A stretch of DNA of 50,806 nucleotides. Origin: Octopus bimaculoides (lineage: Eukaryota). The stretch covers positions 45,755,015-45,805,820 of the forward strand of contig NC_068988.1 of assembly GCF_001194135.2 (NCBI RefSeq), given 5' to 3'. This document shows positions 36,281 through 48,650 of the stretch, one piece after another (within the stretch, counting starts at the first letter, position 1; every line of letters starts with the position of its first letter). Under the pieces are notes generated by a model. That model saw nothing but the letters and a program-made list of their open reading frames with translations, had not been told where the DNA came from and ran no database searches. The translations under genes were made by a program, and so were the position numbers.

Positions 36281-37243
36281 NNNNNNNNNNNNNNNNNNNN
36301 NNNNNNNNNNNNNNNNNNNNNNNNNNNNNNNNNNNNNNNNNNNNNNNNNNNNNNNNNNNNNNNNNNNNNNNNNNNNNNNNNNNNNNNNNNNNNNNNNNNN
36401 NNNNNNNNNNNNNNNNNNNNNNNNNNNNNNNNNNNNNNNNNNNNNNNNNNNNNNNNNNNNNNNNNNNNNNNNNNNNNNNNNNNNNNNNNNNNNNNNNNNN
36501 NNNNNNNNNNNNNNNNNNNNNNNNNNNNNNNNNNNNNNNNNNNNNNNNNNNNNNNNNNNNNNNNNNNNNNNNNNNNNNNNNNNNNNNNNNNNNNNNNNNN
36601 NNNNNNNNNNNNNNNNNNNNNNNNNNNNNNNNNNNNNNNNNNNNNNNNNNNNNNNNNNNNNNNNNNNNNNNNNNNNNNNNNNNNNNNNNNNNNNNNNNNN
36701 NNNNNNNNNNNNNNNNNNNNNNNNNNNNNNNNNNNNNNNNNNNNNNNNNNNNNNNNNNNNNNNNNNNNNNNNNNNNNNNNNNNNNNNNNNNNNNNNNNNN
36801 NNNNNNNNNNNNNNNNNNNNNNNNNNNNNNNNNNNNNNNNNNNNNNNNNNNNNNNNNNNNNNNNNNNNNNNNNNNNNNNNNNNNNNNNNNNNNNNNNNNN
36901 NNNNNNNNNNNNNNNNNNNNNNNNNNNNNNNNNNNNNNNNNNNNNNNNNNNNNNNNNNNNNNNNNNNNNNNNNNNNNNNNNNNNNNNNNNNNNNNNNNNN
37001 NNNNNNNNNNNNNNNNNNNNNNNNNNNNNNNNNNNNNNNNNNNNNNNNNNNNNNNNNNNNNNNNNNNNNNNNNNNNNNNNNNNNNNNNNNNNNNNNNNNN
37101 NNNNNNNNNNNNNNNNNNNNNNNNNNNNNNNNNNNNNNNNNNNNNNNNNNNNNNNNNNNNNNNNNNNNNNNNNNNNNNNNNNNNNNNNNNNNNNNNNNNN
37201 NNNNNNNNNNNNNNNNNNNNNNNNNNNNNNNNNNNNNNNNNNN
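36281..37243. other. Largest assembly gap (N run)
   Basis: Other gaps: 8997-9463, 11535-11623, 13352-13707, 22187-22809, 24263-24335, 26670-26864, 34231-34633. Confidence 0.99.
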
Positions 37244-37245
37244 TA

Positions 37246-37380
37246 GAAAATAATATCGTTGGTGGCTATGAGTATACAGCTGTATATAAATTTGACATGT
37301 GTGATTCTTTCTTGTCTTGGGATTCACTGTCAAACAGCTGGGTGGAATTGCCCAAAAAATTATACAGATGTGTAGAATGA
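37246..37380 (+). CDS. Kelch-repeat-like coding segment (partial; 5' boundary lost in the gap)
   Basis: ENNIVGGYEYTAVYKFDMCDSFLSWDSLSNSWVELPKKLYRCVE*. It has a hydrophobic-GG motif, and W-D-x3-N-x-W matches the kelch Y-D-P-x2-N-x-W spacing. Confidence 0.45.
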   Translation, partial: ENNIVGGYEYTAVYKFDMCDSFLSWDSLSNSWVELPKKLYRCVE

Positions 37381-38035
37381 TCTGGTGGTAATGCTGGGTT
37401 TGGTGTTTTTTCAAAGCTCCCATGGTTACAGAGATAATCTTTTATGATAATATTCTTGTGGTTATGAATGAGAAAGGAAGGGGTGATGTCATACTTGGTA
37501 GTGGGATTATGAAAATTGTATGCATAAAAAATAAGTCAGAGACAGCGTTTCAACTCTGTGTGAATATGTGTGTGTATCTGTGTGTGCATGTGTGCACGCA
37601 ATGGAAGTGGGATGGTTCATCTTTGCTTAGTATTTTGGTTTATCTTTTGATTTGGTTACTTTTTTTTGTTGGTCAGTTATTTTTAACATTTTGACAGAAA
37701 AACATCATTCTATTGCTTACACAGAGTAGGTTTTACAGCCACATCATCCAAACTGATTGGGTCAAACCAAGCTTAGCTGCTAGTAAAATATATATATTAT
37801 ATATATATGTGTGTATACATACATACACGCGCACACACACACAAAACACACACAAAACACACACACACACACATATATATAATACTAGGGACAAAATCCA
37901 AAATTGCAGGTAAAAACTCAATTAAAATCAATTCATGAAACTTGGCTCTTTTCCCTAAAACCATATATTTATAAAGTTGTAGTATATTGTCAACTTAATG
38001 TGACAATCCCAATTAGGGAATACACTACTGCCGTT

Positions 38036-38097
<62 letters not shown>

Positions 38098-39401
38098 ATT
38101 ATATATACTAGGGTACTACATAAGCAACTACTTTTCTAAAAATAGATGTCAAAATACTTCTAAGCCACAGAAGAATCACAGAATTAATACAAGCATGATA
38201 AGAAAGAATCTTAATGAACAAAAATAGCTCCTTACCTCTGCCAGGGACGCAAGAGGAATGCTAGTTAATTTGATATCATGATTTTGAATTTAGCGCCATC
38301 ATGATCCGAATATATTTTATAAATTTGTCTCTACGGCTGTATGTTCAGGGCCACTAATATTATTTTTAGAAATATAATTGTTCTTATATTTATTTAGAAA
38401 TAATTTCACACAATTCGTTTTTTCATTTGTATTTGACCACTCAAATAAATTTAAAGGCATGGTAGGGGCGAATTCTAGTAACCATCTCTGGCAGATTGGA
38501 CTGAGGTGATATGTAAGCATATCTCCTTGAGTACTGTGCAAAAGAAATCATGAAATCATTGACATCATATCCTCATTCTTTTTTCTACTTTTCATACTGA
38601 CATAATCTGAGTCAGTTCCTATTAAAAGCTACTGACTTCATAGAATGCCATTCCTATATTTTATTTTGGCCAGATTTTAACAGCTGGATGCCCTTGAAAA
38701 GTAACAAAGAAAGGGACTAGTAAATAGGCATGTATACATATAGGAAGTAATTTGATATAGGAAGTTATTTGATATAAATATATATAGGAAGTTATTTGAT
38801 ATAAATATTGTTACTGTGAAGAAAGAAAAGATTCCAATGCTTTGGGCTACATGCTCTTTATCAGACATTTCTAGAATACAATATGTAACATATTTTAAGT
38901 GACTCATTTCCTCTTGGAATATTTGTAGCCAGCACAAACACTCACTGTTTTTCTTCCAAGTTATAATTGTATAGAATACAACCTACATGTAGATAGAACA
39001 GAGACAGCCAGACACAAAGTTAGTTTGGCCATTGCATACATTAACTACCGGGTGTTTCTGAATTATTTAAATCCTAAATAATTTTATTTTCCTATCAATA
39101 AATGTTCAATCTTGAACATTTGGTTACTGATTGTTTAAGCTATTAGAATAAAATCTATGTTTTACTAATGAGGTCAGTATACGACCTGAAATGATCATGA
39201 ATTGTCATTTGTATTTGTTTAAAAATAACGGATATGTTTCATTGTATTATAGTACTATTTGCATCCAGTGTAATTATTTCTAATGAGCTTTTCATGCTCC
39301 TCTACATTTATTAATCAACACTAACTTAACTAATCAGACAGAAAGATTTATAAACGTAAATATGCATAGTTAAGTTAATATTAATATATTTAACAAGTAT
39401 C

Positions 39402-39595
39402 AAGGTGGTGAGCTGGTAGAATTGTTGGTATGCCAGGCAAAATGCTTACTCATTTTGAGTTCAAATTTCAGCCAGGTCGACTTTGATTTTAACCTTCCAT
39501 AGTCAATAAAACATGCACTATTTGAGTGCTAAGGTCGATGTAATCGCCTTACATCCATCCCTAAAACTGCTGGCCTGGGTTAAAATTTGAAATCG
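39402..39595 (+). mobile_element. SINE family A, diverged
   Basis: AAGGTGGTGAGCTGGTAGAATTG..GAGTTCAAATT..GGTCGACTTTG. Confidence 0.75.
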
Positions 39596-39974
39596 ATATA
39601 TTCAACAAGCATTAAAAGACAATTGAAAGTAATAAAGTGATGAAGGAAAAACAGTATTAATCACAGATAATAATAATGTTTTGATTTATTTTCTGTTTTA
39701 ATTGTTTTGGTCAATGGACTGTGTCAAGAAGGAGGCACTAGCTAAATGGGTTTATTCAAATGTATCTATCTCTGTTGCTATCTATAAGTCTGATACTTAT
39801 TTCATTGATTACTATTTGTTATACTGCTAAGTAACAGGGCATGAACACAACCACCAATACTGTTTTTGGAGAGTATTAATATAAAGGCAATCAGAAACAA
39901 ACAAACAGACACACACACAAGCACACATACACACACACACGCACACATGCACACGCACGCATAAACACACACAG

Positions 39975-40125
39975 GTCGATTTTGCCAAGGTCAGCTTTGC
40001 TGAGGTCAATTTTGCCTTTTATTCTCTCAGGGTTAATAAAATAAGTACCAGTTGTATGCCGGCGTTGATGTAAGCGACATACACCTTCAACAAACCTGCA
40101 GGCCTTGTGCCAAAATTGGAAATCA
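39975..40125 (+). mobile_element. SINE family A 3' half with a triplicated ~15-bp AGGTCRAYTTTGC unit
   Basis: CAGGTCGATTTTGC-CAAGGTCAGCTTTGC-TGAGGTCAATTTTGCC. Confidence 0.7.
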
Positions 40126-41089
40126 ATATTGTCATCTTTGCTGCTGCCACTGCTTTCCCTCATCTACATCACTCTCTTTCCTGTTCTCATGAAATAATGG
40201 TGAGAAGATTGATAAAGCCATGCTGTGAACTTTCGTTTGTTGGCCCCTTTACAAACCAATGAAGGGAGTGAAACAGAGAGGAAAAATATTACATTTAATA
40301 TTTGATTTGTAACCTTGAATTGTCGAAAGGCAAAGCTGCCATCAGCTGGATTTGAACCTTGTGCTCTGTGAGGTGAGAAAAATACCAAGAATACTCTCTG
40401 GTTTCTCCTCACTTTGAAAAGATAAATCTTTTGTCTTTTACTTTAATAAGAAATACTGTGAGGCATTCTTTCTGATGCTTTAATGACTCTGCTAATTAGC
40501 TGCCTTCTACGGAACATTAAAAAAGCCGACCAGAAATAATTATGCAATTAGGAAGACACAATATTAGTCAATGACTAATATTATTTAAATTATTTCAATA
40601 AGTACAAGAGAAGAAAGGAAAAAGAGCATAAAAGATACATGGGAAAGAGCTGTGTGAGTTTTTGAGAGGAAAGGAAATTGAGAGAAATAATGGGTTATAT
40701 TGAAATAAGAGAAATGGTAGAGAATTGTGCCTGAACAGAAGAAATAATTATTATTGAAATGTGCAATGACCAACTAGCTGAAACACTGGTTTTATTGCCT
40801 GACCATGTGTTCTTAACCCACTTGCTTTAGGCTTTCTGTCTATTCAAGAAAGTTTTACTGCTAATGCCAATGTCATTACCACAACTATCGTCATTTTAAT
40901 TATATTTTATATTATTCTAAATTATTGACTTCTAATTTGGACAGTGAATTGGTAAAGTCTTTGAAACATTGATAAGAAAAAAACAAAACAAAACAAACTA
41001 CTTTCTGGTATTTGTTTTTGGATCTCTGTGTTCTGGTTTCAAATACTGCTGAGGTCAACTTTGCCTTTTGTCTTTTTATGGTTCTAGAG

Positions 41090-41241
41090 ATAGGAATGGC
41101 TGTGTGGTTAAGAAGTTTGTTTTGCCACCAGTTTGGTCCTACTAGCTTCAACTTGCATGAGTGTTTTTTTTTTTATCCATTGTAACCCAGGATGACCAAT
41201 GCTTTGTGAGTGAATTTAGTAAATGAAAATATGTGGAAGCT

Positions 41242-41250
<9 letters not shown>
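41090..41250 (+). mobile_element. SINE family B, diverged
   Basis: GGCTGTGTGGTTAAGAAGTTTG..TGCTTTGTGAGTGAATTTAGT. Confidence 0.65.
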
Positions 41251-41291
<41 letters not shown>

Positions 41292-41302
41292 GTATATATT
41301 TG

Positions 41303-41333
<31 letters not shown>

Positions 41334-41790
41334 ATGTACACAGTAGTGTGTCGATAAGCCAGCTGGAGGAGATGTCCTCCTGGGGCTAAAAGCAACAGTA
41401 ACATCCACCCCTAGGGGTCAGCCACACTTAAGTGACAATATACTACACTTTATCGTGCAGTTACTGTTAAGACTTCATTTAGAGAATTAACATATATAAA
41501 TACTGTTCACCGTTTTGTCAGATGTTTTACTGATTTTGCCATTCTGCAAGCATAAGACATTGCAAGATATTAAATACCTTATTTCTTAATAGAAAAACCA
41601 GGCATTGGGGACAATAAGTGTAACTAATTAATTTGATGACTCATTTCCTAATTAAATTAAAACTTTGAATTAAGATTCTGTTGATGATAATGTGTGTATG
41701 TGTGTGTACACATACACATGTATGTATGTGTATGCACTCACACGTAATTCACCTATACACACACACACACACACATATAGATACACATAC

Positions 41791-41838
<48 letters not shown>

Positions 41839-41894
41839 TCATACATATCTATGTATGTGCTTGAAATGTGAGTGCATTTCCATGTGTGTGTGTG

Positions 41895-41926
<32 letters not shown>

Positions 41927-41944
41927 CATGTGTGTTTAATACAT

Positions 41945-42160
41945 ACAGGTGAAATTCTATTATAATGAAAACCATTATTATGAATTTTTCAGTTTAATGA
42001 AATTTTTCCAATTCACAGGTTCGTTATAACCAGCCTGTTAAAACAAGGCATATGAATTTCATCATAATAAAATTCATTATAAGGAATGAAATAAAATCAA
42101 ATTCCTAATATTCAAAAATTGCTTGCTTCAACGAAAGAAAAAACATCCTAAAATTTCAAC
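41945..42160. mobile_element. Possible Tigger/pogo-type terminal region
   Basis: TA-CAGGTGAAATTCTATTATAATGAA resembles pogo/Tigger termini; partner end not found. Confidence 0.35.
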
Positions 42161-42548
42161 CCTTGCACAAATGTTACCTTACCAAGATACTGATAGCCAA
42201 TGCACTACAAATATACATTAAAAATTCCACACCTTTATACAAGTGGAAATTTGAATATCACATACACATATTAATTGAAACATCAACATGCCAACATAAT
42301 GGACACATAATTTATAACTCTCAGTTATTCTTTAAAGCCCAGTTCTTAAACTATACTAGCAGGACTAATTAAGTGCAGTATTTCTATGGTAAAGTTTCAA
42401 TATCGTTATTATTATAATTTTTTTATATTTAACGTTCTATTTGAATAGTTATCACATTCTATCACATACTGATCTCCTAAACTAAAAGTATATTGTTGCA
42501 ACAGCAATCCAGTAAAATGTAACTAATATGTAATATGAAAATATTTAA

Positions 42549-42770
42549 CCCTTTTGCTACTGTATTTCTTTTGAGATACTTTGTGTTTCTTTCAATTAAT
42601 TTTAAATATAACAAAGAATTTAGTAAAATTACCTAGTTATCATTAAGCTAGTGTTAGGAACATAAATTGTGGCTAAGGTTTGGTGGAAGATTTTCATTCA
42701 AAACTTATGAAAACAAGACATTTGTACTACAGAGCCAGAGGTAGTTTCAGGCGGTGTGGAATCAAAAGGG
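42549..42770. mobile_element. piggyBac-type MITE (second family) with TTAA TSD
   Basis: TTAA-CCCTTTTG...CAAAAGGG-TTAA. Confidence 0.8.
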
Positions 42771-43033
42771 TTAATGGTACAAATATTTAAAGAAAATTTT
42801 TCATTGACTAATTATCTGCAAACTTTTGACCCATTGATATTTGTATATTTCTTGTACATATGCACAAAAACAACTTAAAACAAATAAACAAATTGTATTT
42901 GACTGCTTTTGTTTTTGTTTAGTGAAATTTCTGTTTTTGATTGTAAAGTAAAAGATAAAATAGCAAGTTCTAAAATCTCTAAAAGAGATACCAGTAATAA
43001 CGATACTAAACAGTTGTGTTTGTTGCCACTTTT

Positions 43034-43256
43034 GCATAGCTGTTCCATTCAGAACAATGTTACAGGTATCCAGTACTGAGGAATGGTAGGCACCCAGAAA
43101 CCAGTCTGGTCTACAGTTCTTTCCATACTGGAGGGGAGTGGTTTGCCCCCTTACTTGCAATATATCAGACAGAGGTTGTGTGTTGTTAATCAGCTGGAAA
43201 AGATGTTTTCCTGGGGTTAAAATGTAGTGGCATAGTTCTGTATGGAACAGCCATGC
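43034..43256. mobile_element. MITE-like element with ~27-bp imperfect TIRs; superfamily unassigned
   Basis: GCATAGCTGTTCCATTCAGAACAATG versus the reverse complement of the right end, GCATGGCTGTTCCATACAGAACTATG. Confidence 0.6.
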
Positions 43257-43269
43257 TGAAGTGGCAACA

Positions 43270-44680
43270 GTAGAGGCTTTATGTAAATCATGGAAAACAA
43301 ATGTGAAGAAAAAGTGACGTTTTGTTTCGAGAAAACTTGGTAAATCTGGAAGCCTTTGATACTGAGGTTAAAAGAAAAATGTCATTGCATTGCTATTTAG
43401 CATCATCCCATCGGTATTAAACTATCTGCTAAAGCTATCATGGGTCAATCTAAAGTTACAGAAAAATCAAAAATAAAAATGTTGGCCTGTGATGAAAACA
43501 CTTAAGGACAGTAATGTTCTGAAGATATTGATGAAGCAGTTTTTCTCTGGTTTACTAACCAAAGGTAGATAAAAATTTCAGTTAGTGGGATACTTATTTA
43601 AACGGTTTTTATAGAGGAATACTTTTGAACCACTTGGATTTTCAGGTCAGTATTGGATGGTTCACTTGACTGTATGTTTGCTATGAAACCACAGTGATCT
43701 GTGATGATGGACCTGATGTCTCAGTACAAAAAAATGAATAGAATGGAAGGGAAATAAATATATATTACTGCTTACAAAAAAGAAGACTTATTTAATGTTG
43801 TTACCTCATCGTATTCTAGTAGCCAAATAAAATTCCAGCAAAGGAAGAAAGAAGAGAAAACAACATCAAGCATTTTTGTTTGCTGTAACACAATGGGAAG
43901 TGAGAAATGATTTGCCATTGTTATAAGAAGTGTAAAAAATCTAAAATGTTACAAAAACATAAAACATTTTCTGGTTAAATATGGATGAAGAGAGAGTTGT
44001 TTGTCGAAATGAACTAGACAAGAAAATGAAGAAGATAAATAGAAAATTTCATTGTTAGATAATTGTTCTGTACATAGCAAAGTGCTTCATTTAGATAACA
44101 ATTGAGTTGAGTATTTGCCACCAAATTACACTGCAGTTTTACAATCATGGGATCTAGGAATAATTTGTGTCTAGAAAACCTATAAGAGGAAAAAACTGCG
44201 GTAAAGTTTCTTTTAATAAGCTGTGGTAAAGAAATTCCAACAGCTGATGGAAAACGGGTGGTTGTCATGGGAGCCGCATTGTCATGAGCAGTGGAAAACG
44301 ATTCAGTTGTACAATGAGAAGTTGTCAGGAAAAGAGAAATGGTTTTTCTGCATCTTCAGAAACAGTCCTTAGAGATGATATGATAGACATGGGGAAAAAA
44401 ATCAGAATTAATGAAGACATCTGGCAGAATATTTTCCTTTGAATCAAAGTTTTTTTTAGACATTTATTATTATAGGTGGTCATTTATTAGTATCAAATGA
44501 ACTAAATAACCTCAATGTAAATGAATGTGTTATCAAAAGTGAGAAGAAGAAGAAGATTTTGTCAGAACTTTCTTAGTATTTAGAAAGTATGCCAATTCTT
44601 TTCTGTTGGTATCAGATAACAGTGTTTCAATATGTGACAGAAAATGATTAACTTCTGTTAAGTAAAAATCAGTTTCATAG
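43270..44680 (+). mobile_element. Heavily decayed Tigger/pogo (CENP-B-family DDE) transposase
   Basis: DIDEAV..LWFTNQR, FQVSIGW, CCNTMGSEK, LDKKMKK, LDNCSVH, YLPPNYTAVLQSWDLGII in correct order, with many stops and frameshifts. Confidence 0.85.
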
Positions 44681-44968
44681 CAAATTACTAATTCTTCTAC
44701 CCCAGAACAGGATATTTCTTAAGTTTTGTTAATTATTTTTAAGTATCTCTGTAGAAGTAAAAGTCTCTTTATGATTTGTCCCCTACTTTTCCATCAACCT
44801 ATAGCTGGTTCATGTCAATTTAAGCTTCAATATTTTCCTTTTCCAGATTCATTTTTGTCTATGGGTCCTTTAATCTATCCTCAAACTAGAATCAATATGC
44901 AAAAGACCCACAGAATTAAAAATATTTAGATGATCTTTTATTCCTGATTGCTGTGCATATGCAGAGAT

Positions 44969-45351
44969 TGTTGGCACTCCGTCACTTACGACGTCAAGGG
45001 TTCCAGTTGATTTGATCAACGGAACAGCCTGCTCGTGAAATTAATGTGCAAGTGGCTGAGCACTCCACAGACACGTGTACCTTTAATGTAATTCTCGGGG
45101 ATATTCAGCATGACACAGTGTGACAAGGCTGACCCTTTGAATTACAAGCACAACAGAAACAGGAAGTAAGAGTGAGAGAAAGTTGCGGTGAAAGAGTACA
45201 GCAGGGTTCGCCACCATCCCCTGCTGGAACCTTGTGGGGCTTTAGGTGTTTTCGCTCAATAAACACTGACAATGCCCGTTCTGGGAATCGAAACCGTGAT
45301 CCTATGACCACGAGTTCGCTGCCCTAACCACTGGGCCATTGTGCCTCCACC
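44969..45351 (-). mobile_element. SINE family C, full length, with 10-bp TSD ATGCAGAGAT
   Basis: TSD at 44959-44968 and 45352-45361; colinear with 17811-18182. Confidence 0.92.
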
Positions 45352-46198
45352 ATGCAGAGATAACATTCACTATAATGTTATTGATGACAAAACTTAGTTA
45401 ACCTAATCTATACATTTTCTTCTAACAATATGCTTACTTCCACTGAAGAATATACAACTTGTTATTTTCGTTTGTGAGATGGTTGATACCTTTCATCTTG
45501 TCTCTTATATATAATACTTAAAGCTAACTATCTTCACTCCAGCATTTCTTCAACCTTTTCTATTTTACTTGTTGTGTCAATGTTGTGGTAACAATTTTAG
45601 AGTCTAAGACCAGACAGGAAGAAAGAGGATTTTGGTGAATGGATTGGTAATTATTTTGGGCATTTGAGATGAAGAGAGTTCCTGAAGCGATGTGGCCACA
45701 TTCGGGGTTTTTTCACACATGATCAATCATTTCCGTCATTAACTGATTTGTTAATTATCCTCTCATTCACAAACGAACTTTTACTAATAATCAGTTACAT
45801 GTTGGGTGTTAATTCTAATTTGTTATATTTGACATTCATGTTTTAAATTGTATGAAAATGGGGCCATCACTAGTTACCAAGGGAATTATTATGAATGGGC
45901 TTTTCAGAAATTGATGGGTGAAACACAGAAGGGTAGTGTGCACTGTTTCTGTTTGTCCCCAGTATCACAATATAAATATTGTTATTGATATAATTTTGTC
46001 AATGAATATTCTAACTGAAACATTAATAATAAGAAGAATTAATAACAATTTGCTAGAATGGGTGAAAATCAAGTAAGCTTAAAATTTCTTATCTTGCTAT
46101 GTTTTGGCAATGTTTTTGGTTATGGAGCAAGTAATATAATAAGTAACTGACGATTGGAGAGAAGGATAAGCCAGGAGAAGAAATAGATAGATAGGTAA

Positions 46199-46235
<37 letters not shown>

Positions 46236-46694
46236 CAGGCAGATAAAGAGTCAGAGGAAGAGAGAGAGAGAGCATATGGAAATATTAGAACTTAAAGAGA
46301 CTTCACATGGTTTTCTGCTTGGCCCTTGAATCACAACATGGATAATACTATTAATAGTGTTTCTATCAGTAAATTTTCCAATAAAAACATTAATGATGAT
46401 GATGATATGTTAGTGCTGATGATCAAATAATAGCGAAATCACAAGGCTTAAAAATTCTTATCTTGGAATCTTTTGGAGATGTCTTTGATCGTGGAGCAAG
46501 TAATGAAATAAATAAGTCTGCCTATTGAGGTGAAAGACAGTTAGAAAGACGGTATGAACAGATAGTGAGAGAAAATGAGAGAACACATGAAAATGTTATT
46601 ACAAGTTAGAGATAATGTACAGAATTTTCCACCAATCCCCTGAGTGTGTGCACACATGTATATGGATATATAAATATATATATATATATATATA

Positions 46695-46930
46695 TCTTTT
46701 ATCTTTTACTTGTTTCCATCATTGGACTGTGGCCATACTGGGGCATGACCTTAAAGGATCTAGTTGAACAATTTGAGCCCTTAACTTCTGTACAGTTTTC
46801 ATCTACCAAATTCACTCATCAATCATTCTTGGCTTATTGTAGAAGATACTTGCTGAAGGTGCCATGCAGTAAGACTGAATCTGAAGCCATGTAGTTTCAA
46901 AGTGAGCGTCTTAGCCACATAGCCATGATT
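46695..46930 (-). mobile_element. SINE family B with an internal deletion
   Basis: TTTACTTGTTTCCATCATTGGACTGTGGCCATACTGGG..CATCTACCAAATTCACTCA..GAAGATACTTGC. Confidence 0.75.
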
Positions 46931-46944
46931 ATATATATAGATGA

Positions 46945-48205
46945 AATTTGTAGAAAAGCAAAAGACAAAAGCAGGTGTATAAACAACACGCAAGTGTATT
47001 AGTTTGATGCTCAGGAAAATGAAAAAGTTTTTTACGTTTCCAGCCTTTGCTCTTCAATAGACTGGAATAAGAGAAAATAAACACATTGAGAATGGATAAA
47101 GAATTTATAGATTTAGTGGTTAAGTATGGTGAATGATTAGAAAAAAGTTTGAAAAAAGAGGTTGAAAGGAAGGGAGATAATAAAGTGCTAGTATGTGTGG
47201 AGTGGTGTGGTGTGGTGTGGTGTGGTGGTGTGGTGGTATGGTGTGATGGGTGTGTGGGGTATGAGGTTGTAGTGGTGACATCAATGATGAGAGGAGGTAA
47301 GTCGAAGTGAAATGAAGGTGCACGTGCGTGTGTGTGTGTGTGTGTGTAAATAGGTGGCTAGTGACTTTAATGTGTGGCTGTTCATATAGTAGTATGTGTG
47401 GTGACACTATTGAAGATGGTGTGTGGGCGTGTGGATGATGGTGTGTGGTGTGCATGCTGGGAAGTGGTCAGTGCTAGTATGTGTGGAGTGGTTTGGTGTG
47501 GTGGTGTGCTGGTGGGCTGTGAAGGGTGTGTGGGGTATGAGGTGGAGTGGTGGAATCAATGAAGAGAGGAGGTAGGTAGTAGTGAAGAGAGGAAGTAGAT
47601 GTCAGATGAAGAGAGGAGTTGAGCCTATGTAGTGCAAAGGAGCAAAGAGAAGATTAATTTTTGTTCATGGCGAAGGCAGGAGTCTGGATGGCTCCTGTGC
47701 AAAGACAGTCCGAACATAGACAGAGGTAGTGAATGACTGGCAGAGCAGAAATGGCATGAGACTGGAGTGTCATTGCCAAGTCTGATATCTTGGAAGTGTT
47801 TCGTGAACTGGTCAGCCAAGTGGCGTCCCATTTGAGTGATGTACAAAGAAGGGCAGAAAGAGCAGGAGATACAGTAAATGATGTTACTAGAAGTGCAGGT
47901 AAAGGAATCGGTGATGTGGCAAGGACGATGATGGGTGCCTGTGTGGATGGTAGTATTGGAGAGGTAGGGGCAAGTATGGCAACATGGGTGGGAGCGGGGG
48001 AATGAGCCAGACTGGGAGGTGGGGTTGAGGAAGAAACTGTGGACTAGGAGGTCATGCCGGTTATGGGCTTGTTTGAAGGAGGGAAGGTGTGGGTTGGGGA
48101 AGATGTGTGAGGTAGAGCCGTCAGACTGGAGTCACTGGAAGGTATGGAGAATGATGCACTGGAGGGGCAGGGTGGAGGCGTGATAGGTAAGGGGAAATGG
48201 GAGAC
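46945..48205 (-). mobile_element. Penelope-like retroelement 3' portion (GIY-YIG region, 3' repeats, terminal repeat with hammerhead-like core)
   Basis: GIY-YIG translation (next feature); terminal TTGAAGA-GC-AAAG-GCTG-GAAACGT at ~47057-47034 on the same strand. Confidence 0.88.
47625..48131 (-). pseudogene. Penelope ORF C-terminus: Cys-rich linker plus GIY-YIG endonuclease (169 codons open)
   Basis: LQSDGSTSHIFP..DLLVHS..SGSFP..CHTCPY..FTCTSSNIIYCISCSFCPSLYITQMGRHLADQFTKH..PVSCHF..EQKLIFSL. YIG is mutated to YIT. Confidence 0.9.
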
Positions 48206-48283
48206 GGACAAATATACACATACACACATTTATATATATATATATATATATATATAAATATGTGCAGATAGATACATGCATAC

Positions 48284-48326
<43 letters not shown>

Positions 48327-48344
48327 TATATATATGTATATATA

Positions 48345-48650
48345 TCTTCATCGTTGTTTAATGTCTGCCTTCCATGCTGGCATGGGCTGCATGGTTTAAC
48401 AGGAGCTGAACAGGCAGAAGCCTGCACCATACTTCTGTGTTTGTGTTGACATTGTTTTTTATGACTGGATGCCCTTCCTAATGTCAACCACTCTGCAGAG
48501 TGGACTGATTGCTTTTTACATGGCACCAGCACTGGTGAGGTTAGTCTTGGCAAGGTTTTTACAGTTGGATGCCCTTCCAAATGCCAACCACATTACAGTG
48601 TGAACTGGATGCTTTTTAAGTGGCACCAGTACTAGCAGGGTCACTTTGCA
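48345..48650 (-). mobile_element. Family D copy with a duplicated ~100-bp module
   Basis: GGATGCCCTTCC..CAACCAC..GCTTTTTA..GGCACCAG occurs twice (~48467 and ~48567). Confidence 0.8.

Noticed and set aside
45601-45646. 46-nt candidate exon SLRPDRKKEDFGEWI
   Set aside because: The acceptor is moderate and there is no recognisable homology or partner exon.
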